The notes under the pieces: generated by a model
The model's input: only the letters and a program-made list of their open reading frames with translations
Told to the model about the DNA's origin: nothing
Databases searched by the model: none
Shown: positions 1 through 9,335 of the stretch, one piece after another
Layout of the letters: every line of letters begins with the position of its first letter
Position numbering within the stretch: the first letter of the stretch is position 1
Virus record (IMG/VR): IMGVR_UViG_2877953467_000002
DNA length: 40,890 nt
Direction: 5' to 3' (one strand)
Source of the DNA: a virus
Lineage: Duplodnaviria; Heunggongvirae; Uroviricota; Caudoviricetes
Translations under genes and position numbers: made by a program

Positions 1-1119
1 TCAAATAACCAACTTAACCCATTCCTGACCTCGAGTATCGTTATAGCGATCGGTGGTTGCCTGGACTTTATGTCCTAGTAATGTTTTTGTATCGATACCC
101 TGTGCACGGTACAGCCGTTCTGATAGAGAGCGTTGTTCATGAAATGTTGGCGGAGTTTTTCCTGCTGGTGGAATTATCCCAGCCAGATCCCGTGCTTTGG
201 CAAAGTAGTCGCTCAGGTTGTCTTTACTCATCGGCTTCGGTTGTTTCTGGTGCCGACTATGGATTAGATATGGACTTAATATTCTGTCTCGGCACCCATC
301 AATAACTTCTTTTAACGTTATCCCAATGGCATCACAGCGTAGTGTAAGCGGTAACGCCAGACGCATTCCGGTTTTTCCCTGGGTGATATGCAAGTGTTCG
401 TTCCACACATCTGAAAAACGCATGTGGCAAATGTCATCACGGCGCTGACCAGTAACAATCGCAAGAAGCATTGCGTTACGGATAAAGTGTTTTTCAGGCG
501 TTGCATTGTAAATTTTTTGCCAGTCTTCCATGGTGAGCCTGGCTCTGGTTACTTTAGGGATCGGTTTACGGGTAGCCTCCGGAGGATTCCATCCAGGAGG
601 AACTTCCCCTGCATGCTGTGCTTCTTTATAAATATCAACCCATAATCCACGATTTACTCTCGCTGTGCTGACCATGTCTTTATCCAGCCACTCATCCAGT
701 ATTAATGCAAAGTCTCTTACTTCCAGTTCTTTCAATGGGTGGTTTCCCAGACGGGAAACCAGGTATGCAGCCATTCGAGTTTTTTCTTTGTGAGTTGTAG
801 CTGCAATATCTCCATTTTTCAGTCGCGTGTCCTGTATTTTCAGATATCGATCAACCCATGCCTTTAATCTGATACCCCGACGTTTTGTTGCTGACAGACT
901 TTCATCAATTTTGCGCATGAAATATTCAGCTTCTGCTGCAGCTATTCGCTGATTGGCTGTGGAAGCGATTTTTTCTGCCTTACCTTTGTCTGTTCCGAGT
1001 CCGTGAAATTTTCCAGTCACAGGATTTTTATACTGGTAGTAAACTCTGCCAGTTCTGCGATCAAACTTTTCGTAAAGACCGGCTACGTCAGTGCTGTTTT
1101 TTCGTGGCCTCGGTGACAT
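1..1119 (-). CDS. int: Phage integrase, tyrosine recombinase (lambda Int-like)
   Basis: 372-aa ORF at the prophage edge; C-terminal catalytic region typical of tyrosine recombinases; overlaps the xis start as in lambda. Confidence 0.9.
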   Translation of the reverse strand: MSPRPRKNSTDVAGLYEKFDRRTGRVYYQYKNPVTGKFHGLGTDKGKAEKIASTANQRIAAAEAEYFMRKIDESLSATKRRGIRLKAWVDRYLKIQDTRLKNGDIAATTHKEKTRMAAYLVSRLGNHPLKELEVRDFALILDEWLDKDMVSTARVNRGLWVDIYKEAQHAGEVPPGWNPPEATRKPIPKVTRARLTMEDWQKIYNATPEKHFIRNAMLLAIVTGQRRDDICHMRFSDVWNEHLHITQGKTGMRLALPLTLRCDAIGITLKEVIDGCRDRILSPYLIHSRHQKQPKPMSKDNLSDYFAKARDLAGIIPPAGKTPPTFHEQRSLSERLYRAQGIDTKTLLGHKVQATTDRYNDTRGQEWVKLVI

Positions 1120-1357
1120 GAGTTAAAATCTCCTTCAGTGCATCATCATCGCCAGTATGAATTTCCGGCGCAATTCCCGTTTCACCAGGCCCAACAAATA
1201 CTGCTCGGCGATCTATCAGCCAACGCCCACGAATTTTTTGTGGCCTTGGAACGATGTATCCTAGTTTTCCGTATTTCACCAGGGTAGTGTTTGTTATTGG
1301 GAGACTGAACCGTTTTGGTTTCCACTCGTCGAGCGTTATCAGGTACTGTTCGCTCAT
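1088..1357 (-). CDS. xis: Excisionase-like small DNA-binding protein
   Basis: About 89 aa immediately upstream of int with 32-nt overlap; start taken at ATG 1357 (GGAG 9 nt upstream); N-terminus resembles lambda Xis (LTLDEW vs LTLQEW). Confidence 0.7.
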   Translation of the reverse strand: MSEQYLITLDEWKPKRFSLPITNTTLVKYGKLGYIVPRPQKIRGRWLIDRRAVFVGPGETGIAPEIHTGDDDALKEILTHVTEATKKQH

Positions 1358-1418
1358 GGCTATCACTCCGGAACGCGCCAGTTGCAGAATATCAACGACA
1401 ACTGGCGACGGTTGAACA

Positions 1419-3860
1419 TTAAAAATCAGCCTGACTCGGGATCAGTTTTTGCCAGATAACTGAAACGTATTTTGCCTGGTAACGGGCGTCATCAAGTGCA
1501 TTATGGCGCTCACCTTCGAATGGAATAGCCGTTCTGGCATCGAAGTCTATGGCTTTCCCCAGCTCAACGATTGTGCGTACATCGCGATCGTTGTAGTAAC
1601 GCCACGGGCAGGGGATCCCCTGCCGTTCGTATGAACGGCGCAAAATCGTGTTGTCGAAGTTGGCTCCATTTCCCCAGACCTGAACAAAAAATTCACCGGA
1701 GTTTTCGTCGATAAATTCCCGCAATTGTAACAGTGCATCATCTAACGGGATTTCATCGGTCATAATGGCAGATTGCGCTTCGCGTGATTGCTTAAGCCAC
1801 CATTTAATGGTGTCCCGATCAATGACTCCGCCAGCAGTTTCCAGATCGATAGTCTTACTAAATTCCGGTCCCATATCTCCGGTTTGCGGATCGAAAAATA
1901 TTGCACCTATTGAGATGATCGGGGCATCAGGATTTTTTCCCATGGTTTCAAGGTCGATCATTAGATGGTCACACGTCCTGCTGGTGGATGTGATTTCTTG
2001 ATGACCGTTCACCTTAATTGAGTGATCTGCCGTCTCGCCAGTTTCATTATCGCTATCGTGATGCTGATTGCCGCCAGTGTTCTCCTTGTGTGGATGTTCA
2101 GCGCCTTCCATTTCCTCCGGATCATCTTCCTGAACTTCAACCTGATACTCTTCATCGAATGTTTCCTGGTATGTTGCGTCGCCCATCACCGCGCCACAAT
2201 CAGGGCAGTTGCCGCCGCCGGTCTGACCGCAGGCGGTGCAGACTTTTTCCACTTCCTGTTGCGCCACTGGTTCGGATTGTTTCGTTTCTGGCTCGTTTTG
2301 TAACGCATTTGGGCTGTTTTGTTCCGCTTTTTGGTCGTTCCGTTCCGATTCATGCTGGTTCTGGTTCACAGAATCGCGAGTCTGGATCCCTTTGACCCAT
2401 TTCGGATCATTAGGGTCGCTAATCCCCTCAACAAATTCACCACGCGATACAGCAAGTAACTTATCGGCGTCAGGCTGGCTGATATTGGCTGCCTGCATAA
2501 TTTTGTTTACTTCGTCAGCGGTGACTTTTACTTGGTTAGCGGAACTCACCTGCGACTGAGCATCCAGCGACTGCGCGTTCTGGCCATGTTCAGTTGTATC
2601 CGGTTCCATTGTTTCAGTTGTTGCCTGTTCACCTGCCATTGCGTCAGATGGTTGTGGTTTTTCTTCTTCTGTTTCACGCTCAGTAACCACCTCGCGGTTA
2701 ATTTCTTCCAGGATATCTTTTTCCGGCGTATGCCGGGCAGCTGTGAGAGTTTCCTTGCTGGGGTTCTCGTGATCAGTTTCCGTCAAATAGGCGTTGATAT
2801 ACCCCTGAAGGCGTCCCGGGTAGTGATAAAATTCAGGGTGTGCGCTTCGGATAAGTGCAAAAATAGCGGCGCGGGAATAGTCCAGAATACCCGGGGTTGC
2901 ACGAAGTGCTGCGGACCATTCTTTGAACGGACTTTCTTTGTTCAGGACTACTTCTTTTGCGCGACGATAAACGCTGCCCGGAATTTCATAAATATTAAAA
3001 TCCATCGGAAGTGTGGCTGCTGCAATCTCCACATCCAGTGTGTCGAGGGTGTGTACTAAATTCGGATTGCGATCGGTTTTGTTCCCACCGCCAGCATTAG
3101 CACCGGAAGCCGTGCGGGTGATGCGTGAAACACGATTTCCTTTCATCCACTCTTTTGTCAGCAGACCCCGATCAGTGTAGTCAGCGTCTAGGTATGCTTC
3201 GAAAAAAGCAGTTATTAGTCCCAGGTCTGAATTACCAGGATTAGGGAAAACTTTGTCAGTGTCACGAACCAGTTTGTGGAGGTCGCGAATCTCCAGCGAG
3301 TCGAGCAGACTGGTTTTATGCGAAATAGCCAGGGCAGTAACAGCCGGTAGTTCTTCAGCCCGTGCAATGTGTAATGCCTGGAGTTCGTCGCGTGAAACGT
3401 GCGTTACTGGTTTTTCGCTGCCGTGTTGAGCAAGCCAACGAATGGGCAGTTCCTGACCGGAGACAGGCAGAAGCATGCTCTCCTCAATCTCAGTCATGGC
3501 TTCGCCGTTGATGTTGGTATTGTCAGTGCTGGCTGGTTTGTCCTGAACAGAGGGGGAAGGGCCGATAAATGTCATTGTGATGCCATCTTTCCCGCCTTTT
3601 TCATAGCGGTTGCAGAATTCAGTATCAAACACGCCTTCTGGCGGAAGGTCGTCAACAACGGGCAAATTGACGCGGACGGGTTTTTTAAAGTCGTCTTCAT
3701 CATAATCGTTGTCATCCATTGCGGTAATGCAGCGGGAGATTGCAACAGATAATTTTTTTGCTGTAGTCCAGTAAAAACCACCTTTAATTCCTAGGCGTTT
3801 TCTTACTTTGTCATTTTTTGCTTCGCAATATAGTGCAAATTCTTCTTTATCAGTGCTCAT
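1419..3860 (-). CDS. Large exonuclease: C-terminal DEDDh (DnaQ-like) 3'-5' exonuclease domain, long acidic N-terminal region with a CxxC...CxxC motif
   Basis: 813-aa ORF; C-terminal motifs [15 protein letters not shown] and HNALDDARY match the three DEDDh exonuclease motifs; position is that of exo/recE-type genes in the leftward early operon. Confidence 0.7.
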   Translation of the reverse strand: MSTDKEEFALYCEAKNDKVRKRLGIKGGFYWTTAKKLSVAISRCITAMDDNDYDEDDFKKPVRVNLPVVDDLPPEGVFDTEFCNRYEKGGKDGITMTFIGPSPSVQDKPASTDNTNINGEAMTEIEESMLLPVSGQELPIRWLAQHGSEKPVTHVSRDELQALHIARAEELPAVTALAISHKTSLLDSLEIRDLHKLVRDTDKVFPNPGNSDLGLITAFFEAYLDADYTDRGLLTKEWMKGNRVSRITRTASGANAGGGNKTDRNPNLVHTLDTLDVEIAAATLPMDFNIYEIPGSVYRRAKEVVLNKESPFKEWSAALRATPGILDYSRAAIFALIRSAHPEFYHYPGRLQGYINAYLTETDHENPSKETLTAARHTPEKDILEEINREVVTERETEEEKPQPSDAMAGEQATTETMEPDTTEHGQNAQSLDAQSQVSSANQVKVTADEVNKIMQAANISQPDADKLLAVSRGEFVEGISDPNDPKWVKGIQTRDSVNQNQHESERNDQKAEQNSPNALQNEPETKQSEPVAQQEVEKVCTACGQTGGGNCPDCGAVMGDATYQETFDEEYQVEVQEDDPEEMEGAEHPHKENTGGNQHHDSDNETGETADHSIKVNGHQEITSTSRTCDHLMIDLETMGKNPDAPIISIGAIFFDPQTGDMGPEFSKTIDLETAGGVIDRDTIKWWLKQSREAQSAIMTDEIPLDDALLQLREFIDENSGEFFVQVWGNGANFDNTILRRSYERQGIPCPWRYYNDRDVRTIVELGKAIDFDARTAIPFEGERHNALDDARYQAKYVSVIWQKLIPSQADF

Positions 3861-3953
3861 TATTGGTAAACCTCATCACAGATTTAAGGGTGAACAAATC
3901 TCTGCCATTGCTGACATATAAGAATGAAACTGGATATTTATTACGGTGCTGTT

Positions 3954-4145
3954 TTAAAATCCTGCCGGGATTTCGTTATTATCCTGGTGAATAACTTTAT
4001 CGACCGGATAACAGTTGCCTGGAATTTTCTGTTCGGTTGCTGCTGCCATACATTCCTGCATTGTTCTGTGAACACTGACTGCAATATCAACTGGCTCTCC
4101 GGAAACAAGAAAAACCGTCAGAATAAGTGCAAATACTGGATTCAT
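3954..4145 (-). CDS. ydfD: YdfD-like small membrane protein (Qin-type lysis protein)
   Basis: 63 aa with hydrophobic N-terminus (MNPVFALILTVFLVSG); ATGA stop/start overlap with dicB; position and size match ydfD of the Qin dicB operon (from memory). Confidence 0.55.
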   Translation of the reverse strand: MNPVFALILTVFLVSGEPVDIAVSVHRTMQECMAAATEQKIPGNCYPVDKVIHQDNNEIPAGF

Positions 4146-4330
4146 TGTGCACATCCTTTTGGCATCAGACGTAAACGGGCCAGCATTGAAACAATGCATA
4201 CTTTATTTAATAACTCCCGTTCGTGTTTTCTTTTGTTAATGGCATCTTCAGTAAATACAGGATTACTGATAGTGACACCAATTTCAAAACAACCTTCAGA
4301 CGTATTAACGTTTGGTAATAACGTTTTCAT
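4142..4330 (-). CDS. dicB: Cell division inhibitor DicB
   Basis: 62-aa ORF MKTLLPNVNTSEGCFEIGV... with GAGGG RBS 7 nt upstream; sits directly downstream of the DicF sRNA; sequence and length match my recollection of DicB. Confidence 0.75.
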   Translation of the reverse strand: MKTLLPNVNTSEGCFEIGVTISNPVFTEDAINKRKHERELLNKVCIVSMLARLRLMPKGCAQ

Positions 4331-4499
4331 TATCGCGCCCTCAACAATGAGTTTTGTGATGCGGTGCCTGGTGCCTCCAGGTGACGTTAACCAGTTAACA
4401 ATTAACGCCGGATACAGAGAATCCACCCATAACACTGTTTTTGGTTTTAACTGTTCCGCGTGCGCTTAGCCGCATTCACCGCATCACAAAATTCACTTT

Positions 4500-4557
4500 A
4501 AAAAGGGCGGCAGAGCAGTCACGGAGTAAAACTGATACCGCCAAACGTCACCAGAAA
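4500..4557 (-). ncRNA. dicF: DicF small RNA (Hfq-dependent, ftsZ-targeting) with intrinsic terminator
   Basis: Reverse complement reads TTTCTGGTGACGTTTGGCGGTATCAGTTTTACTCCGTGACTGCTCTGCCGCCCTTTTT, which matches DicF as I recall it; GC-rich hairpin plus U-tract at the 3' end; immediately upstream of dicB. Confidence 0.7.
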
Positions 4558-4898
4558 ATTGATAACAGAGGGCGTTGCAGTGGGGTTGTCACTTAAGCGT
4601 ATGGTCAACCTGACAACCCGGTGTCCTCAACGGGGGAAGGAATAACCCCGCCATACTTACCGCCGCGCCATTTCGCGGATTGCCACAACCGGAAGCGCAC
4701 GGTCGACGAAAATTTAACGACAGGCTATCTATGAACCAGCTACCTCGCCGTGCGCTTTCGCGTTATGGCCTGACTTTTCAGGGAAATATCCTTTCAGTAA
4801 ACTGTCAGTGCCGGATGCTCACCCGTGTCCGGCGCACGCACTCCACCTCACCCGTGGAGAACTCCTTAATTACCAACCTTAGCTTCGTTGGTTATCTA

Positions 4899-5117
4899 TT
4901 AACGCGGGTATGTAATCATTCTGGCAATGCTTAATGCCGCTGCTTTTTCCAGCCTGGTGATATCCTGCTCCAGAGCGGACAGATTTTCAGCCTGCTTAGC
5001 CCTGGCTTCATTGGCCCATTTCAAATCCTGCGCTGCATTAATTTTCTGGCGCATCCACTCATAAAGTTCATCATCGGTATAGTCTGGCGCGATGATGACG
5101 GGTTCTCGTTTCTGCAT
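4899..5117 (-). CDS. ydfC: YdfC-like protein of the dicB operon
   Basis: 72-aa ORF with AAGGAG RBS; position and length match ydfC upstream of dicF in Qin. Confidence 0.55.
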   Translation of the reverse strand: MQKREPVIIAPDYTDDELYEWMRQKINAAQDLKWANEARAKQAENLSALEQDITRLEKAAALSIARMITYPR

Positions 5118-5209
5118 GTCGGCTCCTTGTGGTTAGCGTTGCCTGCTTTTAACCACGTCAGGCGAGGTGGTATCCTCTGAGGGGTCTGTTACTCGAGAGG
5201 AAATTGGTT

Positions 5210-5410
5210 ATGAATACAATCAAGTTTTCTTGCCCAGAATGTGGTGGCGAAGTCTTTGACACATCCTTTAAACCGCAGGGCTCTGACAGTTTCGCGGGAG
5301 CCATCTGCAAAAATTGTGGTCACCTTGTAACTGAAGATGAGTCCTCGCAGTTTGATGACGAAATCGTTGACAATATCTTCGGTGCACTCACCAGAGACTT
5401 TCTGAAGTAA
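5210..5410 (+). CDS. Small zinc-ribbon protein (CPECGG ... CKNCG)
   Basis: 66 aa with two CxxC pairs at zinc-ribbon spacing; GAGAGGA RBS about 8 nt before the ATG; lies antisense to the leftward operon and overlaps an alternative minus-strand ORF, so strand assignment is uncertain. Confidence 0.4.
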   Translation: MNTIKFSCPECGGEVFDTSFKPQGSDSFAGAICKNCGHLVTEDESSQFDDEIVDNIFGALTRDFLK

Positions 5411-5757
5411 AGGCGCATACCGCTTAGTTACCGCTCTGATAATTCTTACCTGTCCGGCAATGGCGCTGATATCAATATAAAGCGCCATCGCTGTTTCTTT
5501 GCTGATCCCTGGACGCCTTCCATTCTGATGTTTGACTTCGCCCACTGAGAAATCCTCTGTTTCCCCTTAACGCCGGGGTAGCGGAACAAAAACCTGCTGC
5601 ATAGTTATTAAAGTTGAACCCTGCCGTCATGTTCTTACGCCTCGGGCTGGCTACTTAACCCCTGACCACTGCCTGGTAACTCGAAGTATTGCCCTGCATT
5701 CTGTAGGATGGGGTGAGGGAATGAATGAAGTTTAGAAAAACGAACTTTTCAGGTCAA

Positions 5758-5775
5758 TGTTTTTTTATCAAAACA
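5758..5775. promoter_or_regulatory. Operator-like palindrome TGTTTT-N6-AAAACA (putative OL) next to a candidate leftward promoter
   Basis: Same 18-bp form as the site overlapping the cI start (6480-6497); on the minus strand a TTGACC -35 and TAAACT -10 with 17-nt spacer lie just downstream. Confidence 0.35.
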
Positions 5776-5841
5776 TTTTAAGCAGGCAGCTGTTAAGCCA
5801 TCACCACGATGGCATACAGTTAATCAAATAGATGAGGTTGG

Positions 5842-6480
5842 TTAAATATCTTGTTGAATTTTAAAGCATACGCCCAATATGCAAGATAGATCATCCAGCA
5901 TAATTGAAGGGTAGCGAGGATTCGTGGGGACTAAAAGAATATCCGGCCCTTCTATCTCCAGTTTACGAATGACAGGTGTTGTGGTCCCTTTGGGTAAGGC
6001 AAGGACAATATTTCCTGGTTGTACGGTTCGATCGGGATCAACAAAAACTGTTGAACCATTTGGGATGGAAACTCCCCCACCAGATGTTGACATACTGTCA
6101 CTCTCTAGAACAACTGCAAAGGTATTGACCGGGATTTCTCCGACAAGCTGCACACAAGAGGTTATTGAGGAATTTTTCATATAATCACTCCAGCTTGCTG
6201 CCTGCTGAAGTGATAGTAGCGGAACCGTTTTTATCGGCGGTAAAGATAGATCAAGCGAATCACCTGTATTTAACTCTCCTCCATTAAGAAGCCAATTTTC
6301 GTTTACTTTCAATATTTTTGCCAGTGAACTTATGTAACGCGAGGACGGCGCTCCTCCACCGTTCATCCATTGACTTACGGAGCCTTTTGATGCGCCAGTG
6401 CCATTGACAAGGTCTTTGCCTTTCAGGTTTAGCGCATGCATACGTTGGGTTATGCGTTCAGATATAGTTTGCTTGCTCAT
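5842..6480 (-). CDS. cI: CI-type repressor (XRE HTH + S24 LexA-like autopeptidase)
   Basis: 212 aa; N-terminal HTH; C-terminal S24 motifs (ESDSM nucleophile region, downstream Lys); divergent from the cro-like gene; no SD before the ATG, possibly leaderless as for lambda cI. Confidence 0.85.
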   Translation of the reverse strand: MSKQTISERITQRMHALNLKGKDLVNGTGASKGSVSQWMNGGGAPSSRYISSLAKILKVNENWLLNGGELNTGDSLDLSLPPIKTVPLLSLQQAASWSDYMKNSSITSCVQLVGEIPVNTFAVVLESDSMSTSGGGVSIPNGSTVFVDPDRTVQPGNIVLALPKGTTTPVIRKLEIEGPDILLVPTNPRYPSIMLDDLSCILGVCFKIQQDI

Positions 6481-6543
6481 GTTTTGATTTTAAAACACAG
6501 ATGGTTTTGTTTCTTGACTTTCTTTGGTTTTGATTATTAAACT
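6480..6543. promoter_or_regulatory. Immunity-region operators: three sites at 23-bp periodicity (6480-6497 perfect; 6503-6520 half-site; 6526-6543 imperfect) overlapping divergent promoters
   Basis: Direct reading: TGTTTTGATTTTAAAACA at 6480, GGTTTT motifs at 6503 and 6526; TTGACT -35-like hexamer at 6514-6519. Confidence 0.45.
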
Positions 6544-6571
6544 TTTGACGTTCAGTTTTATGGAGCGACTC

Positions 6572-6814
6572 ATGAAAAAATCAGAAGTATTAGGCTATTT
6601 TGGCGGAGTTGTTAAAACAGCCGCAGCTCTAGGAACGTCAAAAACCACAGTCAGCATGTGGGGGGAAGAGGTTCCGTGGAAATGGGCGTTGCTAATTCAG
6701 GCAGTCACTGCCGGGGCGCTCAAATATGAGTTACACATACCGACGGTTGTCATTCCCGGTTCTGATCATAATCCGCCTTCTAACCAAGGGGGGATTCATG
6801 AAAATCAAGCATGA
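6572..6814 (+). CDS. Cro-like HTH regulator (YdaS/Cro family)
   Basis: About 80 aa starting MKKSEVLGYFGGVVKTAAALGTSKTTVSMW (HTH); first rightward gene opposite the repressor; start chosen at ATG 6572 with GGAG upstream. Confidence 0.65.
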   Translation: MKKSEVLGYFGGVVKTAAALGTSKTTVSMWGEEVPWKWALLIQAVTAGALKYELHIPTVVIPGSDHNPPSNQGGIHENQA

Positions 6815-7223
6815 ACACATCCGCATGGCGATGAATGCCTGGGCGCATCCGGACGGCGAAAAAGTACCGGCTGCGAAAATTACCAAAGCGTATTTCGAGC
6901 TGGGAATGACGTTCCCGGAACTGTATGACGACAGCCATCCGGAAGCCCTGGCTCGCAATACCCAGAAAATTTTCCGCTGGGTGGAGAAAGACACCCCTGA
7001 TGCAGTTGAAAAAATTCAGGCGTTGTTACCAGCGATCGAAAAGGCAATGCCACCTTTGCTGGTGGCCAGAATGCGCAGCCACAGTTCAGCTTATTTTCGG
7101 GAGTTGGTGGAGACGCGGGAGCGACTGGTGAGAGACGCTGATGATTTTGTCGCAGTGGCAATCGCCGGTTTCAATCAGATGAACCGTGGTGGCCCGGCAG
7201 GAAATGCTGTGGCAGTACATTGA
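6798..7223 (+). CDS. YdaT-like protein (proposed CII functional analog in Rac-type prophages)
   Basis: 141 aa immediately after and overlapping the cro-like gene; synteny with the ydaS-ydaT pair; identity from position and size only. Confidence 0.45.
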   Translation: MKIKHEHIRMAMNAWAHPDGEKVPAAKITKAYFELGMTFPELYDDSHPEALARNTQKIFRWVEKDTPDAVEKIQALLPAIEKAMPPLLVARMRSHSSAYFRELVETRERLVRDADDFVAVAIAGFNQMNRGGPAGNAVAVH

Positions 7224-7294
7224 CTGACAATAGTCATATCGAATCGCTTCCGGCAACTCGTGAGTAAAAAGATTCGGTATCAGAAGAGGTGAGT

Positions 7295-8365
7295 ATGGCT
7301 AACGCCTGGCTCAGATTATGGCATGACATGCCAAATGACCCTAAGTGGCGAACAATTGCCAGGGTGTCAGGGCAGCCAATTGCAACAGTGATGGCAGTGT
7401 ATATCCACCTCCTGGTGAGCGCGTCACGAAATGTCACGCGAGGTCACATTGATGTCACGACAGAAGATTTGGCAAGTGCGCTCGACGTGACAGAAGAGGT
7501 AATTGATTCAATTTTGCAGACGATGCAGGGGCGGGTACTTGATGGTGATTTAATCACTGGATGGGAAAAACGCCAGGTGCTGAAAGAGGACAACGGCAAT
7601 ATTTCGCAAACCGCAAAATCTCCGGCAGAGCGCAAGAGGGCGCAGCGAGAGAGGGAAAGAAAGCGGGAACAAAATGGCGATTGTCACGGCGAGTCACGAA
7701 ATGTCACGCACATGTCACGACGAGTCACGACAGATAAAGATACAGATAAAGATACAGATCAAGAAGATCAAAACACTATGGTCCATGGCGTAAAAAACGC
7801 CACGAACCAGGCAGGGGATGTTCAGACCGTCACTCCTGGCCAGCCCGCAGGCACGACACCGGAAGCCGATTCAGCGTATGCGCTGAAAGCCGATTCGGGC
7901 GCTGTGCAGCAGGTGATGACCGCAAGGCAGGAGCAATCACACCAACTTCAGCAGCCTGAAGCCGATTCCGCCATTCAGCGGGAAGCCGATCGGGTAGTCC
8001 CGGAAAACACCGGGCAGCCTGTGGGACGAGTGGATTATCCTGATGTGTTCGAACAGGTCTGGCGGGAATACCCGTTGCGTGCCGGGGCAAACCCGAAGAA
8101 ATCCGCTTTCAGTGCCTGGAAAGCCAGATTACGCGAGGGGGTGCCACCAGAGGCCATGCTGGATGGCGTGAGGCGTTACGCAAGATACCTTGCGGCTACC
8201 GGGAAAACGGGAACGGAATTTGTTCAGCGAGCGACGACGTTTTTTGGACCGGACCGGAATTTTGAAAACCCCTGGCTGCTCCCGGTAAGCGGCACGAACA
8301 ACCAGCGTTGTGTGAATCATATTTCTGAACCGGATAACGAAATTCCGCCGGGCTTCAGGGGGTAA
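7295..8365 (+). CDS. Replication initiator (O-like) containing its own iteron origin
   Basis: 356 aa; GAGG RBS 6 nt before ATG 7295; two clusters of GTCACG(A) iterons and an AT-rich tandem repeat lie inside the coding sequence, as with lambda O/ori. Confidence 0.6.
   Translation: MANAWLRLWHDMPNDPKWRTIARVSGQPIATVMAVYIHLLVSASRNVTRGHIDVTTEDLASALDVTEEVIDSILQTMQGRVLDGDLITGWEKRQVLKEDNGNISQTAKSPAERKRAQRERERKREQNGDCHGESRNVTHMSRRVTTDKDTDKDTDQEDQNTMVHGVKNATNQAGDVQTVTPGQPAGTTPEADSAYALKADSGAVQQVMTARQEQSHQLQQPEADSAIQREADRVVPENTGQPVGRVDYPDVFEQVWREYPLRAGANPKKSAFSAWKARLREGVPPEAMLDGVRRYARYLAATGKTGTEFVQRATTFFGPDRNFENPWLLPVSGTNNQRCVNHISEPDNEIPPGFRG
7423..7460 (+). repeat. Iteron cluster 1 (GTCACGAAATGTCACGC ... 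GTCACGA)
   Basis: Four GTCAC(G/A) repeats at about 10-bp spacing; the 17-mer GTCACGAAATGTCACGC recurs identically at 7693-7709. Confidence 0.55.
7683..7766 (+). repeat. Iteron cluster 2 (5 x GTCACG at 10-11 bp spacing) followed by an AT-rich 12-bp tandem repeat (CAGATAAAGATA x2, third copy degenerate)
   Basis: GTCACG at 7683, 7693, 7703, 7714, 7724; tandem repeat 7731-7766; arrangement typical of a phage ori embedded in the initiator gene. Confidence 0.55.
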
Positions 8366-8405
8366 GTGTTAATTTCTGGTCATGAGGTAATTTTCAGGAG
8401 GGCTT

Positions 8406-8828
8406 GTGGCAAAAGTTTTTACACAAGAAGAGCGGGAAAAAATTAAAGGACAGGTTCTTGAACTCGTACGCCAGAGTGGGCGCGAGACGTTACGACAACT
8501 GGAAGCTAAAACTGGGGCAACAAGATATCTGATGAGCGTTCTGGCCAGAGAGCTGGTTGCCAGTGGCGATGTATACAATTCTGGCTACGGGTTATTCCCG
8601 TCTGAACAGGCTCGTAAAGACTGGCAAAATGCCCGCAAAAAATTATCGAGGGCAAAGCTGAAGAAACCGGTTGTGGTTGATCCGGACCTTATCTGGTCGT
8701 TACCTGACGGAGAAATACGTCGCTACGACAGTCGCCTAAACATAATCTGTCGCGAGTGCCGGAAGAGTGAAGCTATGCAGCGTGTACTGGCTTTCTATCA
8801 GGGTAATTTTCAGGAGGCGGTACTGTGA
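8406..8828 (+). CDS. Hypothetical protein
   Basis: 140-aa ORF with GTG start after AGGAGG; no recognisable motif. Confidence 0.45.
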   Translation: MAKVFTQEEREKIKGQVLELVRQSGRETLRQLEAKTGATRYLMSVLARELVASGDVYNSGYGLFPSEQARKDWQNARKKLSRAKLKKPVVVDPDLIWSLPDGEIRRYDSRLNIICRECRKSEAMQRVLAFYQGNFQEAVL

Positions 8829-8885
8829 GTGAAATTAGCTATCAGGCTTCAATTACCGCTGGCATTCGCATCAAAGGAGAGGAGC

Positions 8886-9242
8886 ATGGAAATAAAACCA
8901 GAGGATGAGTTAAGCAATATCGTTTTATTTCCGGTAAAAGAGGATGACCCTCGTAATCAGGTTAATTTTCTTTATGAGCCATCGGAAAGACCATATTGTC
9001 ATCACGCCTCTGTCCGGGTTGACGAAAAAGAGCGTCAGGTCCGCTGTAAAATCTGCGGTGCAGTTGTGGAGCCATTTGACTGGATGCTCTCTGTGGCGAA
9101 AAGAGAAACCAGACTGGCAGATGATGTAAGGCTCTTGCGTCAGGAGGAGCGGGAAAGGCGAAAAAATATAGAAAAGCTAATTCAGATTGAGCGTAACGCG
9201 AAAGCGCGGATACGCAGGGCGACAAAATCCAGAACTGAATAA
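8886..9242 (+). CDS. Hypothetical protein with CxxH/CxxC zinc-finger-like motif
   Basis: 118 aa from ATG 8886 (AAAGGAGAGGAG RBS); YCHH...CKICG motif; basic C-terminus. Confidence 0.5.
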   Translation: MEIKPEDELSNIVLFPVKEDDPRNQVNFLYEPSERPYCHHASVRVDEKERQVRCKICGAVVEPFDWMLSVAKRETRLADDVRLLRQEERERRKNIEKLIQIERNAKARIRRATKSRTE

Positions 9243-9335
9243 TTAAATTTAGCTCTGTTAAAAATTTAATCCTTAACCGGAGGGATTTCTGCACCCTCAG
9301 AACATCAGGAGGCCGCCCGAAAGGGCGGTAGTTAA

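Noticed and set aside
3924-4469. 181-aa plus-strand ORF
   Set aside because: Antisense to the dicB and ydfD-like genes, which have RBSs, operon overlap and recognisable products.
4680-4934. 84-aa plus-strand ORF between dicF and ydfC
   Set aside because: Antisense to the leftward operon leader; no RBS; the region is more likely processed untranslated RNA upstream of DicF.
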